Below, one piece after another: positions 27,888 to 37,460 of a stretch of 64,000 bases of DNA. Origin of the DNA: Deltaproteobacteria bacterium (GTDB lineage Bacteria > Desulfobacterota > Binatia > Binatales > Binataceae). The stretch covers positions 2,006 through 66,005 of the forward strand of contig PLDK01000030.1 in the NCBI GenBank assembly GCA_003135135.1, written 5' to 3'. The position numbers were made by a program, and so were the translations under genes. Below the pieces are notes generated by a model. That model did no database searches, had not been told where the DNA came from, and saw only the letters and a list, made by a program, of their open reading frames with translations. Position 1 is the stretch's first letter. The number at the start of each line of letters is the position of its first letter.

Positions 27888-27989
27888 TCGGCTCCTCGTA
27901 GCGGCAAATCGCGCGTCGCGAAAGGGGGCTGCGAGGTGAGGGACGGTTAGGTTCGAGAGGCTGTTGGGTTTGAGGGGCCCAGCGGCTGA

Positions 27990-29978
27990 TCAGACGGCTC
28001 TGATCGCGCCTGTCGAAGCCTCATCGGCGGGACCGACGAAATCGAACGCGAGCCATCCGCGCAGCGGATCGACGCGACTCACTTGCACCATTATCCGCAT
28101 CTGATTCGGCAAGGTGGGCGCGCCGTGCAAGGTTCCGCGCACGGCGAAATCAGCTAGTTCCGCACTTTGGCCTTCGCGTGCGACATAGGCAAGAATTGGC
28201 CCGTCAAGGGCGTGACGCTCGAGGTAGCGGAGAGTCCAGTAACGCTTGGCGCGTCGTTCGAGCTCGCGCCCGGAAGCCTCCGCATTTTCGGCACCGGCGA
28301 GCACGGTAAGTAATTCATCGACGGTGTAAATCGGCGTCTGGTTGTCGCGATTCTTAAGCGCACCCAACAGTTGCCGCTGCATGACCAAATCGGCGTAGCG
28401 GCGGATCGGTGAGCTCAACTGCGCGTAAAAGTCGAGTCCGATTCCGGCGTGGTATTCCGGGTGCAACGACAGGCGCGGGCGCTGCGACGCCGGATCGCCA
28501 CCAAGTTGCGGCTGCACACGGTAAATGATCGGAATCCGGTTCTCGGCGGCGTAGCGAGCGGCGACAAAATTGCTCAGCACCATGAACTCCGCCACCAGCG
28601 TGCGACCCGGCGACGCGTTATCGACCACGCTGATTTCCACGTCGTCGCCGTGCACCCGGACCTTGGCCTCGCGCCGCTGCACGAGGATTGCACCGGCGGT
28701 GCGGCGCCGCTGACGAAGCCCGATAGCGGCGCCGTGCAGGCGGGAAACGGTAGCGGCGTCGTCGTCGGCGCAGGCCCCTGACTCGAGAATGCGATCGACC
28801 TGGTCGTAGTCGAGTCGGCGCATGATTGGAATTCGCGCGGGATAGATCGAGCTTTCGACGAGCGCGCCGTCGGCCGACAACCGCACGTCGGTGGTCAGCA
28901 CGGGGCGATCTTCGCCGGCGATCAAGCTCGCGGCGCGGCATGAAATCGGATCGGGAAGCATCCTGATGGTTGTTTCAGGCAGATAAACCGTGGTTGCGCG
29001 TGCGGCCGCCTCCTGGTCCATCGCGCCGCCCTTGATGACGAAATCGGCAACCAGCGCTATATGCACGCGCACCCGCATGCCGCCGTCGGCGAGCGCCTCG
29101 CAACTGAGAGCGTCGTCAACCTCGACGGTGTCGTCGTCATCCACGGTGACGGCGTATCCGCCATCGGAAATCGCGCGTGGGCCAGGCACCGCCTCGGCCG
29201 CCTCCTTCATGACGGCGGCGCTGAATTCGTCCTTGAGCCCGGCGATGAACGCGAAACGCGGTACGCGCGGGCGCGCCCCGAGCCGCTCCAAAATTTCGAA
29301 AGCCGCTTCGGCGGGATCGACCTCGGGCGCCGCCTGCGCGAGCATCTGGGTCATATCGCGGCTGCGCGTGAACGGGTTCTTGAGATAGCGCGAGAGCTCT
29401 TCGATGATCGCGGCCGCTTCGGCGGCAGGCGGCATCTCGGCGCCGTTGAGGACATCGCGAAGCTGCTTCTGGATTTTACGATAGTCGTCGCTGCGCGCCC
29501 GAATCCGATCGTTCTGCATCCGCAGCCGTTCGACCTGATCGGGCGTGCGCGGCACAAAATCCATGTGGCGGCGGACGAAGTAGATGCGATCGCCCAGCAG
29601 CGCCTCGAGCATCACGGAGGCTGCGGCATTCGATCGCCGGCCGAAGAACAACTCGGCAAGTTCTGCGGCGGAAAAGCTGCGCCCCTGCTCCTGGGCGACT
29701 TCCCACAGCAACTGGAGATCGAGTTCGGCGGCCAGTTCGGCGCGCTCGCGCTCCAGGTCGGCGAGCGCCTCGGCGACGTCTTCGCGATCGGCGCGGCGAT
29801 CCGGATGGCGCATCAGGACCAGATCGCGCGGAACCAGCCGCTCGTGTCCGGCGGAATCGATCACGGCGAGATGGCGTTCCTGTTCCCGGGTGACCAGGGC
29901 AGCCCTGAGCCGCCCCTGGTCGAGGTACTCGACAATAGTGCCGGCGTATTTGATCGGCGATGACACGTCAAAATTCAT
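27990..29978 (-). CDS. RNase II/R (RNB domain) exoribonuclease
   Basis: TVDDDDTVEVDDALS, VHIA, LVAEFM, SSPIRRYADL. Confidence 0.9.
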   Translation of the reverse strand: MNFDVSSPIKYAGTIVEYLDQGRLRAALVTREQERHLAVIDSAGHERLVPRDLVLMRHPDRRADREDVAEALADLERERAELAAELDLQLLWEVAQEQGRSFSAAELAELFFGRRSNAAASVMLEALLGDRIYFVRRHMDFVPRTPDQVERLRMQNDRIRARSDDYRKIQKQLRDVLNGAEMPPAAEAAAIIEELSRYLKNPFTRSRDMTQMLAQAAPEVDPAEAAFEILERLGARPRVPRFAFIAGLKDEFSAAVMKEAAEAVPGPRAISDGGYAVTVDDDDTVEVDDALSCEALADGGMRVRVHIALVADFVIKGGAMDQEAAARATTVYLPETTIRMLPDPISCRAASLIAGEDRPVLTTDVRLSADGALVESSIYPARIPIMRRLDYDQVDRILESGACADDDAATVSRLHGAAIGLRQRRRTAGAILVQRREAKVRVHGDDVEISVVDNASPGRTLVAEFMVLSNFVAARYAAENRIPIIYRVQPQLGGDPASQRPRLSLHPEYHAGIGLDFYAQLSSPIRRYADLVMQRQLLGALKNRDNQTPIYTVDELLTVLAGAENAEASGRELERRAKRYWTLRYLERHALDGPILAYVAREGQSAELADFAVRGTLHGAPTLPNQMRIMVQVSRVDPLRGWLAFDFVGPADEASTGAIRAV

Positions 29979-30050
29979 TTTGACGACCCCCGCGACGTAA
30001 GACTATATGGAAGAGCGAACAATCGCCGGAAAAAGGATCGGGCAAGCGGC

Positions 30051-30266
30051 GTGAGCAAGAGAATTCAGATCGACCTGCCCGACGAGCTGTTTGGGCAGCT
30101 CATGCGGGTCGCGGAGGCGATGGGGATTTCGAATCCCGACGAAGCCGCGACCATCGGGCTGGCAGAGTGGCTCTCGCGCCGCAAGTCAGAACTGGATGAC
30201 CGGGATCCAAACGAAAAATACGTTGTCAACGAGGCACTTGATGAACTTCTCGAAAAGAAAAAGTAA
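30051..30266 (+). CDS. small ribbon-helix-helix-like protein
   Basis: KRIQIDLPDELFGQL strand-helix pattern; overlaps next gene. Confidence 0.5.
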   Translation: MSKRIQIDLPDELFGQLMRVAEAMGISNPDEAATIGLAEWLSRRKSELDDRDPNEKYVVNEALDELLEKKK

Positions 30267-31299
30267 CTTCTCGGTTTTCTCAGTCTCCGCCATCGCGTTC
30301 AGTGTCGCCGCCCTGACGATCGCCGCGTTGCCGAGCGTGACCAACTCGATCGCGAGCGCGGCGGGCAAGGGTCTGGACGTGGAAGTACCGTTCGAGATCA
30401 ATGCGCTGAAGGCGCCCGGCCTCGTCGCACCGTACTTCCTGCAGGATAACCACGGCGTCATGGTGGTGTCCGACCAGGCGGGGGGAGTCTTCACGGTCAC
30501 CTTCGGCGGCAAGGTGACGCCGCTGGCGGCCAAGTCGAAGATCAAGAACCCGGCCGGAGTCGCGATCGGTCCGGCGGGATTCGGCTCATACGAGGGCAAT
30601 GTTTTCGTGCTCAATACCGCCGGTGATATCAAGGCGCCGTGCGAGGTCGAACGAATCGACAAGTCCGGCGCGCTCAGCACGTTCGCTAAACTGCCCGACG
30701 CGGGCGCGGCTCCGACCGAATGCCGCGATCTGGAATTTGGCGCGGCCGGGACACCATTCGCAGGCAAGCTCTACGCGGCGACCAGCGGCAACGCAACAAT
30801 TTATTCGATCGACTCATCGGGCAAGGCGAGCGTATTCGGCACCTACAACAAACCGGTCGTATTCGAGCTGACCACGATAACATTTCCACGCGCGTCGGAT
30901 TCCAAGGCGGCTAACTCGATGCTGGTCGGGATGCGCGCGATTGGGGCTGGAGTGTCGAAGGTCGGCCGCATCAGCATGGTCGGCCCCGACGGCAAGATGA
31001 AAGATGAAGTTTACCTGGTCGGATTCATCCGTCCGTCGGGCTTCGCGTGGGCGCCGTCAAGCTTCGGGTCATACGGTGACGAGTTGATGGTCGCGGACAC
31101 CGGCAAATTTGGTTCCGAGAACAACTACGAACGGGACGGCAGCATCTATCGAGTGGAGAAAGGGATCGCTCGGGGGTTCGCCGCGGGCCTGATGGATCCG
31201 ACGGACATGAAGTTCTTCGGCAACAAGGCGGTGATTTGCGATCCTACCGAGAAGGGGAAAGGACAGGGCGCAATCGTGATTATCTCGTCGCTGCTGTAG
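30241..31299 (+). CDS. exported beta-propeller (NHL/SMP-30-like) protein
   Basis: Signal-like N-terminus; repeated NPAGVAI, RPSGFAW, DPTDMKF blades. Confidence 0.65.
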   Translation: MNFSKRKSNFSVFSVSAIAFSVAALTIAALPSVTNSIASAAGKGLDVEVPFEINALKAPGLVAPYFLQDNHGVMVVSDQAGGVFTVTFGGKVTPLAAKSKIKNPAGVAIGPAGFGSYEGNVFVLNTAGDIKAPCEVERIDKSGALSTFAKLPDAGAAPTECRDLEFGAAGTPFAGKLYAATSGNATIYSIDSSGKASVFGTYNKPVVFELTTITFPRASDSKAANSMLVGMRAIGAGVSKVGRISMVGPDGKMKDEVYLVGFIRPSGFAWAPSSFGSYGDELMVADTGKFGSENNYERDGSIYRVEKGIARGFAAGLMDPTDMKFFGNKAVICDPTEKGKGQGAIVIISSLL

Positions 31300-31339
31300 G
31301 GCGCGTACTAGAGTATAGCAACCGAATAAACTTGGCCGA

Positions 31340-32068
31340 TCAGCGCCAGGGTTCGCGGACGACTTCGGTGTCGCCGGTCTCGCGATCGACCAGTAGCATC
31401 TCGACCTGGTTGTATTGTCCCTTGGGAAAGAAAACGTAGCCGCTCACCGTGAAGTCCTTGCGGACTTCCTCGGGTTTGAGCGAGACCGCCTCGATCTGCT
31501 GCTTGGCCTGCTGGTCGGCTCTCGATTGGCCTTTTTCGGCGCCGCGGATAATGCCCATTCCACCGCCGAACGCACTGCCGATTAGCGCGCCAGCGCCCGG
31601 AGATCCGAAGCCCCAGCCGCCCGATGAACCAGCAGCGCCGGCGACTGCTCCCGCGGCAGCGCCCACTGCGGCGCCCCCGATGCCGCTGACGGCGGCGCTT
31701 TGGATCGCTCCTTCCAGCTCCTTGGCACTGCCGGCCTGTCGGGCCGCCTCACCCGGTGGGAGAGGAGCGACTCGTTCGCCGGCGCCGTTGAGCGCAAACA
31801 CCTGGCTTGGCGCGACCGCGCGTGGCGCGTCGGTGCCGTTGGCAATCGACACGTAGACAGGGGTTACCTCGCCGACGGTAGGCGCGGCCGCGACGCTTAC
31901 GGCCAGTTGGCCTTGTTGCGGAGTCGCCACGACATTGGGGGAATGCGCGATGGGCGGCGGCGCAACGGCGCATCCGGAAATTGCGACCGCTGCCGCGATT
32001 GCGCCGGCTCGGAGTCCGATGGCAAAGCTTCGATTCATCCCGGACGCGGTTCGATTCTTCATAAGCAT
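31340..32068 (-). CDS. hypothetical lipoprotein with glycine-zipper segment
   Basis: Lipobox ISGC; GAAVGAAAGAVAG; SGYVFFP. Confidence 0.65.
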   Translation of the reverse strand: MLMKNRTASGMNRSFAIGLRAGAIAAAVAISGCAVAPPPIAHSPNVVATPQQGQLAVSVAAAPTVGEVTPVYVSIANGTDAPRAVAPSQVFALNGAGERVAPLPPGEAARQAGSAKELEGAIQSAAVSGIGGAAVGAAAGAVAGAAGSSGGWGFGSPGAGALIGSAFGGGMGIIRGAEKGQSRADQQAKQQIEAVSLKPEEVRKDFTVSGYVFFPKGQYNQVEMLLVDRETGDTEVVREPWR

Positions 32069-32247
32069 CGCGAATGATCTTTCAGAGTCTCATTTCAATC
32101 TCTGCTGCGACGCAAGTCCATAGCCGCCCGCCTCGCATATATAGACGCAGCGCATGGACGGGGGTTTCGACGAACACGCGAGCGATTGACGGTTCGTAGG
32201 CACCGCGGGCTTGCCAAAAATGTCCTTTTCGCTGAGGTAGCGGCCAA

Positions 32248-32739
32248 CTAGCGACGGGGGTGGTGGGGGCCCCCGCCACCAAGTCCACGGCCAATAAAAG
32301 GTCCGGGGGCGAATCCGCCAATCCAGATTAGCGGCGGAGGAAAAAACCCACCGTTCAAGGCATTCAATGAGGCAACTTCCTGGTCCCCCGATTCGGCGGC
32401 ATACTCTGCAGTGTCGTTTTCCTGTCTCAGCGCCATCTGGTAGTGGTCGAATTCGTTTTCGTGTCCCTCATACACGCATGCGCAGACGTCAGGGTCGTAG
32501 TACCAGTAGACCTTGCCGGATTGGGCCGCATAGCTGCGAATCTCGTACGGCGGAAGATTTTCCACGAGCCCGACTTTATCGGAAGTGTCGAGTTTGATCG
32601 TGGTGAAGCCCGCGTCGGAGAGCATCGCTTCGGTTTTTTGAACGGCCTCGGGCCGCGAGGCTTCATAGTGATGGTATAGGGAGCAACCCGGCACGATCAG
32701 CGCCAATAGAATCGCGACAACGAACAGCTTTTGCGGCAA
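32248..32739 (-). CDS. hypothetical lipoprotein
   Basis: LALIVPGC lipobox; EAMLSDAGF, YWYYDPDVCACVYEG; start uncertain. Confidence 0.6.
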   Translation of the reverse strand: MPQKLFVVAILLALIVPGCSLYHHYEASRPEAVQKTEAMLSDAGFTTIKLDTSDKVGLVENLPPYEIRSYAAQSGKVYWYYDPDVCACVYEGHENEFDHYQMALRQENDTAEYAAESGDQEVASLNALNGGFFPPPLIWIGGFAPGPFIGRGLGGGGPHHPRR

Positions 32740-32944
32740 GGAGTCCGCCTTTTCGTCGATGCAGTCGGCGACCGTCAGGATGCACGGCGCGCCGCGGCAT
32801 CGAGCATATATCGATCGCGCGCCAGATCGAAAGAACAATTGCGAGGTCGCTCTGAATCGCGGCAGGGGGGCGTGCGTGGGCAGACCGATGCGCCATCTTC
32901 GCGCGCGGGCGTCTTTATGATTTAACGATCTTGTTCGCATACGG

Positions 32945-33029
32945 GCCGGGGTGGCGAAATGGCATACGCAGAGGACTTAAAATCCTCTGGAGTGAAAGCT
33001 CCGTGCGGGTTCGAGTCCCGCCCCCGGCA
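32945..33029 (+). tRNA. tRNA-Leu (anticodon TAA), CCA not encoded
   Basis: GCCGGGG/CCCCGGC acceptor stem, GAGGA-CTTAAAA-TCCTC anticodon arm, long variable arm, GGGTTCGAGTCCC T-arm. Confidence 0.97.
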
Positions 33030-33061
33030 TGGTCACTAAGTGCGATCTATTGAGAAGGCGC

Positions 33062-33095
33062 AAAAAAACGGAGGCGGCCATGAGGGCCGCCCCCG
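33062..33095 (-). terminator. intrinsic terminator downstream of DUF992 gene
   Basis: GC hairpin ggcggcc/ggccgcc followed by T7 on the minus strand. Confidence 0.65.
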
Positions 33096-33129
33096 CTGTA
33101 CATAACTCCGACGTAAGCGAAAATGCTGG

Positions 33130-33678
33130 CTACGGAGTGCTCTTCGCCGGCTTCGCTTCGTTGAACTTCAACGTCATCTCGGCAACTCCTGCCGCGAAGT
33201 TCAAGCCGTTCTGTCCTTCGATCGAGACCGGCTGCAATGCGATCGAGGCGTTCAAGCCTCCGACCAATACGTTGGCGCCCGCGCCGACTCCAACCGTTGC
33301 GCTCGCGGTCGCTCCGCCGTAGTGACCCGCAAGTGAACCCTGGCCGAGGTTGATGGTCGGGGAGAGGACTGCCCACATAATTACGCCCGACTGAAGGTAT
33401 CCGATATCAACGCCTAACTTTGTGATCGAACCCGTGTAATACTCGGTGTAGTCCGGCTTCAGGGCATACGCGCACTGTAGCTTGCGCGACGAGCCGAAAA
33501 TCCATCCCCATCCGGACGCGACGTGACAAGTCAGGTATCCTGCCCGAACGGCTGCCCCTCCGCCGGATGCAGGCGCCGCTGCGGGCGCTGCGCCTTGGGC
33601 GCGTGCCGATGGTGCACCCGCGGCCATTGCCACTGCCAACCCCAGTGCGATTACCATTCCTCGTGCTTTCGAATTCAT
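33130..33678 (-). CDS. DUF992 family exported protein
   Basis: AGYLTCHV..GWGWIFGSS..LQC, GAGANVLVGG, LQPVSIEGQNGLN. Confidence 0.85.
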   Translation of the reverse strand: MNSKARGMVIALGLAVAMAAGAPSARAQGAAPAAAPASGGGAAVRAGYLTCHVASGWGWIFGSSRKLQCAYALKPDYTEYYTGSITKLGVDIGYLQSGVIMWAVLSPTINLGQGSLAGHYGGATASATVGVGAGANVLVGGLNASIALQPVSIEGQNGLNFAAGVAEMTLKFNEAKPAKSTP

Positions 33679-33906
33679 TTTCTCCTCCGTCTATGCTGAG
33701 GCCTTCCGTTCCGGTTGGCCGGACCCGTGGAAACTTCCTCACGTTAGTTTACCCAGTCGAACATGCAAACTCGCATATTTGCTTGGCCAAATGCAATATG
33801 GGCCGTCTGAGTTCGAGCAACTGTACTTATCCACTTGACTATGAACTTCTAATGCAGCACCATCCTGCGGTCTTTGTTGAAGCCAAAACCCCTGGAGAAT
33901 CCATTG

Positions 33907-34416
33907 ATGAGCCTCAAGACTATTCTCGTAAATTTCACCGTAGCTTCGCTGGTCGTCTGCACGGTCGGACTGAGCCGTCCGGCCTCAGCGCAGAACCCGC
34001 CGACCTCACAGAAGCAGCTCGACATCGCGGCCGCCCGCGCACAGCGCAAGGCAACGGTCGGCGCCAACATGAATCTGACCGCCGATGAAGCGACCAGGTT
34101 CTGGCCGGTTTACGACGCCTACGAAGCGAAGATGGATCGCATCGAAGACCGCCACATCAGAGAGCTCAAGGAATTTGCGGCCAAGTATAATAATCTCACC
34201 GACGCCGATGCGAAGAAGAAGCTCGACGAGGTAATCGCCATTGCGCAGGCGCGGCTTGACGTGCAGAAAGAATTCATTGCGCAGTTCCGCGCCGTTGTCT
34301 CGCAAGTGAAGGTGACGCGGTTCTATCAAATTGACAACAAGATACAGGCGTTGATCCAGTGTGACATCGCGCAATTGGTGCCGCTGGCGCAATCGCCGGG
34401 CGAGGTCGCTCAATAG
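33907..34416 (+). CDS. hypothetical periplasmic helical protein
   Basis: Signal peptide ending ASA; NMNLTADEATRFWPVYDAYE, RFYQIDNKI. Confidence 0.65.
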   Translation: MSLKTILVNFTVASLVVCTVGLSRPASAQNPPTSQKQLDIAAARAQRKATVGANMNLTADEATRFWPVYDAYEAKMDRIEDRHIRELKEFAAKYNNLTDADAKKKLDEVIAIAQARLDVQKEFIAQFRAVVSQVKVTRFYQIDNKIQALIQCDIAQLVPLAQSPGEVAQ

Positions 34417-34645
34417 TCAATCAGTCTGGGACCAGTGAACAGGATCCGCCCGCAAGTTGCGCGACCTATGCGCAGATCGCGCCCGCCAGGGCGAACACGA
34501 TTGATCGATTAATGATTCGTCGTCTGTTGCAGCAGTGCAACTTATGCGCCTCTGGCGTTCCGACGGTGCAATTGGCATTATTTACCTCGTAAGCACTTTG
34601 GATCGTCAGCGTCAGATGATCTTACTAAAAGGGAAGGGTGCTCGA

Positions 34646-34816
34646 ATGAATGCGATAAACCGGTTCTATGTGCGGATTCGTGAATCGTCGAGCGGACAGA
34701 CGATGACTGAGTATGTGCTGATTGTCACGGCCGTCGCCGTAGTCGTTTACGCCGGATACCAGTCTTTTGGCGTAGAGGTTAGTGCAAGCGTGACGGCGAC
34801 CAACAATTTAATGTAG
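34646..34816 (+). CDS. flp: Flp/Fap type IVb pilin
   Basis: GQTMTEYVLIV prepilin cleavage and EY motif followed by a hydrophobic helix; 56 aa. Confidence 0.85.
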   Translation: MNAINRFYVRIRESSSGQTMTEYVLIVTAVAVVVYAGYQSFGVEVSASVTATNNLM

Positions 34817-35020
34817 ATTCGACCGTAGATTCGACGCGTTCGTATCCGCGCGCGCCTTCCTCCCGACCTGCTGAGTCGATTTGGGCATCAACCCCATTCA
34901 AACAGATTAGCGACTTTCTATCGCCGGCCGTTTCGAGCGACGCGATGCAAAGCGGACGCGCGTCGGGAACCATACTCCGGGGCCGATAACCGTGGTAATC
35001 ATGGCGCCGAAACGAAGCGA

Positions 35021-35281
35021 GTGACTGGAAGGCGGAAATCGACTCTTGCAGCCGCGATTGTTGGCGGCGCGATCGCGCTCGCGGCCGGATGCATGACGAC
35101 GCAGGAGATCGATCAGACGATCCCGCCGTACGCGTCTATTTCGGACGACGCGAGTGATCCGGCCAGCGCGCCAACACCCGCGCCGTCCGCAAGTTCATCC
35201 GGCGAATCCGGCGGGGTCATGAGCGCGATTGAAACCGTAATTATGTTTCCGTTTCACCTTATTGGTGAGGCGTTCGGATAG
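35021..35281 (+). CDS. small lipoprotein
   Basis: LAAGC lipobox. Confidence 0.55.
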   Translation: MTGRRKSTLAAAIVGGAIALAAGCMTTQEIDQTIPPYASISDDASDPASAPTPAPSASSSGESGGVMSAIETVIMFPFHLIGEAFG

Positions 35282-35560
35282 AACTCGAACTAGATATTTC
35301 GATCGCCCGCGCATCCGTTCGTGAACCCGCGAACCTTCATCAGTCCCAAGCCCCCGCGCCTGCAGCCAGAGGCCATACGATTGCCGGGCCTGCCGGCGCA
35401 ATCGCCGGCCGGATTAGAATCGCTCGCGACGGCGAGCCGCCTGGTCAGGTTGCTGTAATGTTTTATAACATTTTGTTTTCACGTTGAACTTTGCGTTTGC
35501 AGACGGATCGTGGTTGGTGCGAGTCTGGAGCAGGAGTCAAAATGGGAATCCGATGCGACG

Positions 35561-36835
35561 ATGAAGAGCGACGATAAGCAGCGAGAAACCCTCGCGATCC
35601 TGGTCGGCGGCGGTCCGGCTCCCGGGATCAACGGCGTGATCGCCTCGGCCACCATTGAGGCTATCAAGTGCGGACTGCGCGTCGTGGGACTGCGCGACGG
35701 TTATCGATGGCTCGTGGAAGGCGACACCGGGCACGTCGTCGAACTCAAAATCGAGGAGGTCAGCAGGATCCACTTCACCGGTGGTTCGATCCTGCGCACC
35801 TCGCGCACCAATCCGGCGCGCGACGAAGCGAGCCTGGGGCGCGTGATCGATGCGCTCACGGCGCTTGGCATTCGCTACCTTATCTGTATCGGCGGCGACG
35901 ACACCACCTACGGTGCGGCGCGAATCGCCGAGCGCACCAGAGGCAGAATCGGCATCGTGACCGTGCCAAAAACGATCGACAACGACCTGCCGCTGCCCGA
36001 GAATGCGGCGACGTTCGGCTACGAAACCGCTCGTGCCATCGGCGCCGGGATCATCGAATCGCTGATGGAAGACGCCCGCACCACCAGCAGGTGGTACCTG
36101 ACGATCTCGATGGGCCGGAAATCGGGGTCTCTCGCGCTCGGTATGTGCAAGTCAGCCGGCGCCACGCTGGCGGTGATTCCAGAGGAATTTCGAGGCGAGA
36201 AGTTTGACCTCGCACTGGTCGTCGACACCATCGTGGGCGCGATAATCAAGCGTCGCGCCAGCGGTTACGACGACGGCGTCGCGGTCATCGCCGAAGGGAT
36301 CGCAGAGCGCATGGAGGTTGGCACGCTGGCCTCGGCGGCGGCCTCGCACGCCGACGCTTACGGCCACGTGCACATCGCGGACATCCCGCTGGGTATTGTT
36401 CTGCGCGATCAGGTGGCCGCGGCGCTCAAGCAACTCGGCGTCGACGTTACCGTGGTCGCCAAGGACATCGGCTACGAGTTACGCTGCGCGAAGCCGTTGC
36501 CATTCGACGTCGATTATACGCGAACGCTGGGCTACGGCGCGGTGCGCCACCTGCTAAGCGGCGGCTCCGATGTGCTGATCGCAGTCGCGGGTGGCCGCGT
36601 GACGCCGGTCAATTTCGAGCAACTGCTCGACCCGAGCACGGGCCGGATTCGGGTGCGGACCGTGGATGTCTCCACCGAGTCATACCAGGTGGCGCGCTCT
36701 TACATGATTCGGCTCGAGCTGGAGGACTTCGAGGAGCCGGCGCTGTCGAGGCTCGCCGAACACGCGAAGCTCTCAGCCGCGGCTTTCAAGGCGAGATTTT
36801 TGCCTTCGGTGCGTGCCACGACTGATGGGAGATGA
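35561..36835 (+). CDS. pfp: PPi-dependent 6-phosphofructokinase
   Basis: GGGPAPGIN, GGDDT (Asp typical of PPi use), PKTIDND, MGR, GYELRC. Confidence 0.9.
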   Translation: MKSDDKQRETLAILVGGGPAPGINGVIASATIEAIKCGLRVVGLRDGYRWLVEGDTGHVVELKIEEVSRIHFTGGSILRTSRTNPARDEASLGRVIDALTALGIRYLICIGGDDTTYGAARIAERTRGRIGIVTVPKTIDNDLPLPENAATFGYETARAIGAGIIESLMEDARTTSRWYLTISMGRKSGSLALGMCKSAGATLAVIPEEFRGEKFDLALVVDTIVGAIIKRRASGYDDGVAVIAEGIAERMEVGTLASAAASHADAYGHVHIADIPLGIVLRDQVAAALKQLGVDVTVVAKDIGYELRCAKPLPFDVDYTRTLGYGAVRHLLSGGSDVLIAVAGGRVTPVNFEQLLDPSTGRIRVRTVDVSTESYQVARSYMIRLELEDFEEPALSRLAEHAKLSAAAFKARFLPSVRATTDGR

Positions 36836-36876
36836 GACCTTTCGCGGGTGTGCCTGCTAACTTCGCCGCGCGGACC

Positions 36877-37279
36877 TCACTGCCGGCTCAACTGCTCCAC
36901 ACCCCGAAGATCCATCGACCAGGGCAGCGCGGAGCGGCACCAGATTTGGCGCATCGGGCGTAGCTTGGCGCGCTGCTTGATCCCGCCGACGCGTAGCGAG
37001 TAAGTCGGCGGGTCGGTGACTGCGGAAGAATAGATAGGCGTGCCGCAATTGGGGCAGAACGCGTGGGCGCGCTTGGTGCCGCTGTCCGCGGTCTTGATGT
37101 AGATCTTCGGCTGCCCGGTGCGCAGGACGAACGTCTCGGCGGGCGCCTGGATATTGGCGCGATAGGCCGAACCCGTCAGCATCTGGCAATCGGTGCAGTG
37201 GCAGATGGCGGCCTTATCGGGGTTGACCACCGCCTCATAGGTGATCTGCCCCGCAATGACACCGGCCCTCGATCTTCAT
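36877..37279 (-). pseudogene. GFA/CENP-V family protein with a +1 frameshift near the start
   Basis: MKIEGRCHCG from ATG 37279 is out of frame with QITYEAVVN...CHCTDCQ...FCPNCG; extra base in C4 run 37249-37252. Confidence 0.7.
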
Positions 37280-37460
37280 GGCTGCTTTCTCCCTCGAAGC
37301 GCGATCCGCGGCGCAGTTGGGGCTTGCGCCTTCGGCCACTCGGCCACCCCTGCGCGCGAGAAAAAGTGATTGTTCAACATCGATCGCGACCGCGCAAGCA
37401 ATTGAAAGAGTGAAAGAGTTGCTGGCGCTTAGCTACGGATCAGGGCGATCCGCAAAGAAT

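Noticed and set aside
32945-33029. tRNA-Leu as a genomic-island attachment site
   Set aside because: No integrase and no duplicated tRNA 3' end noticed in the window
33774-33800. Imperfect palindrome between divergent genes
   Set aside because: Single, gapped copy; too weak to call
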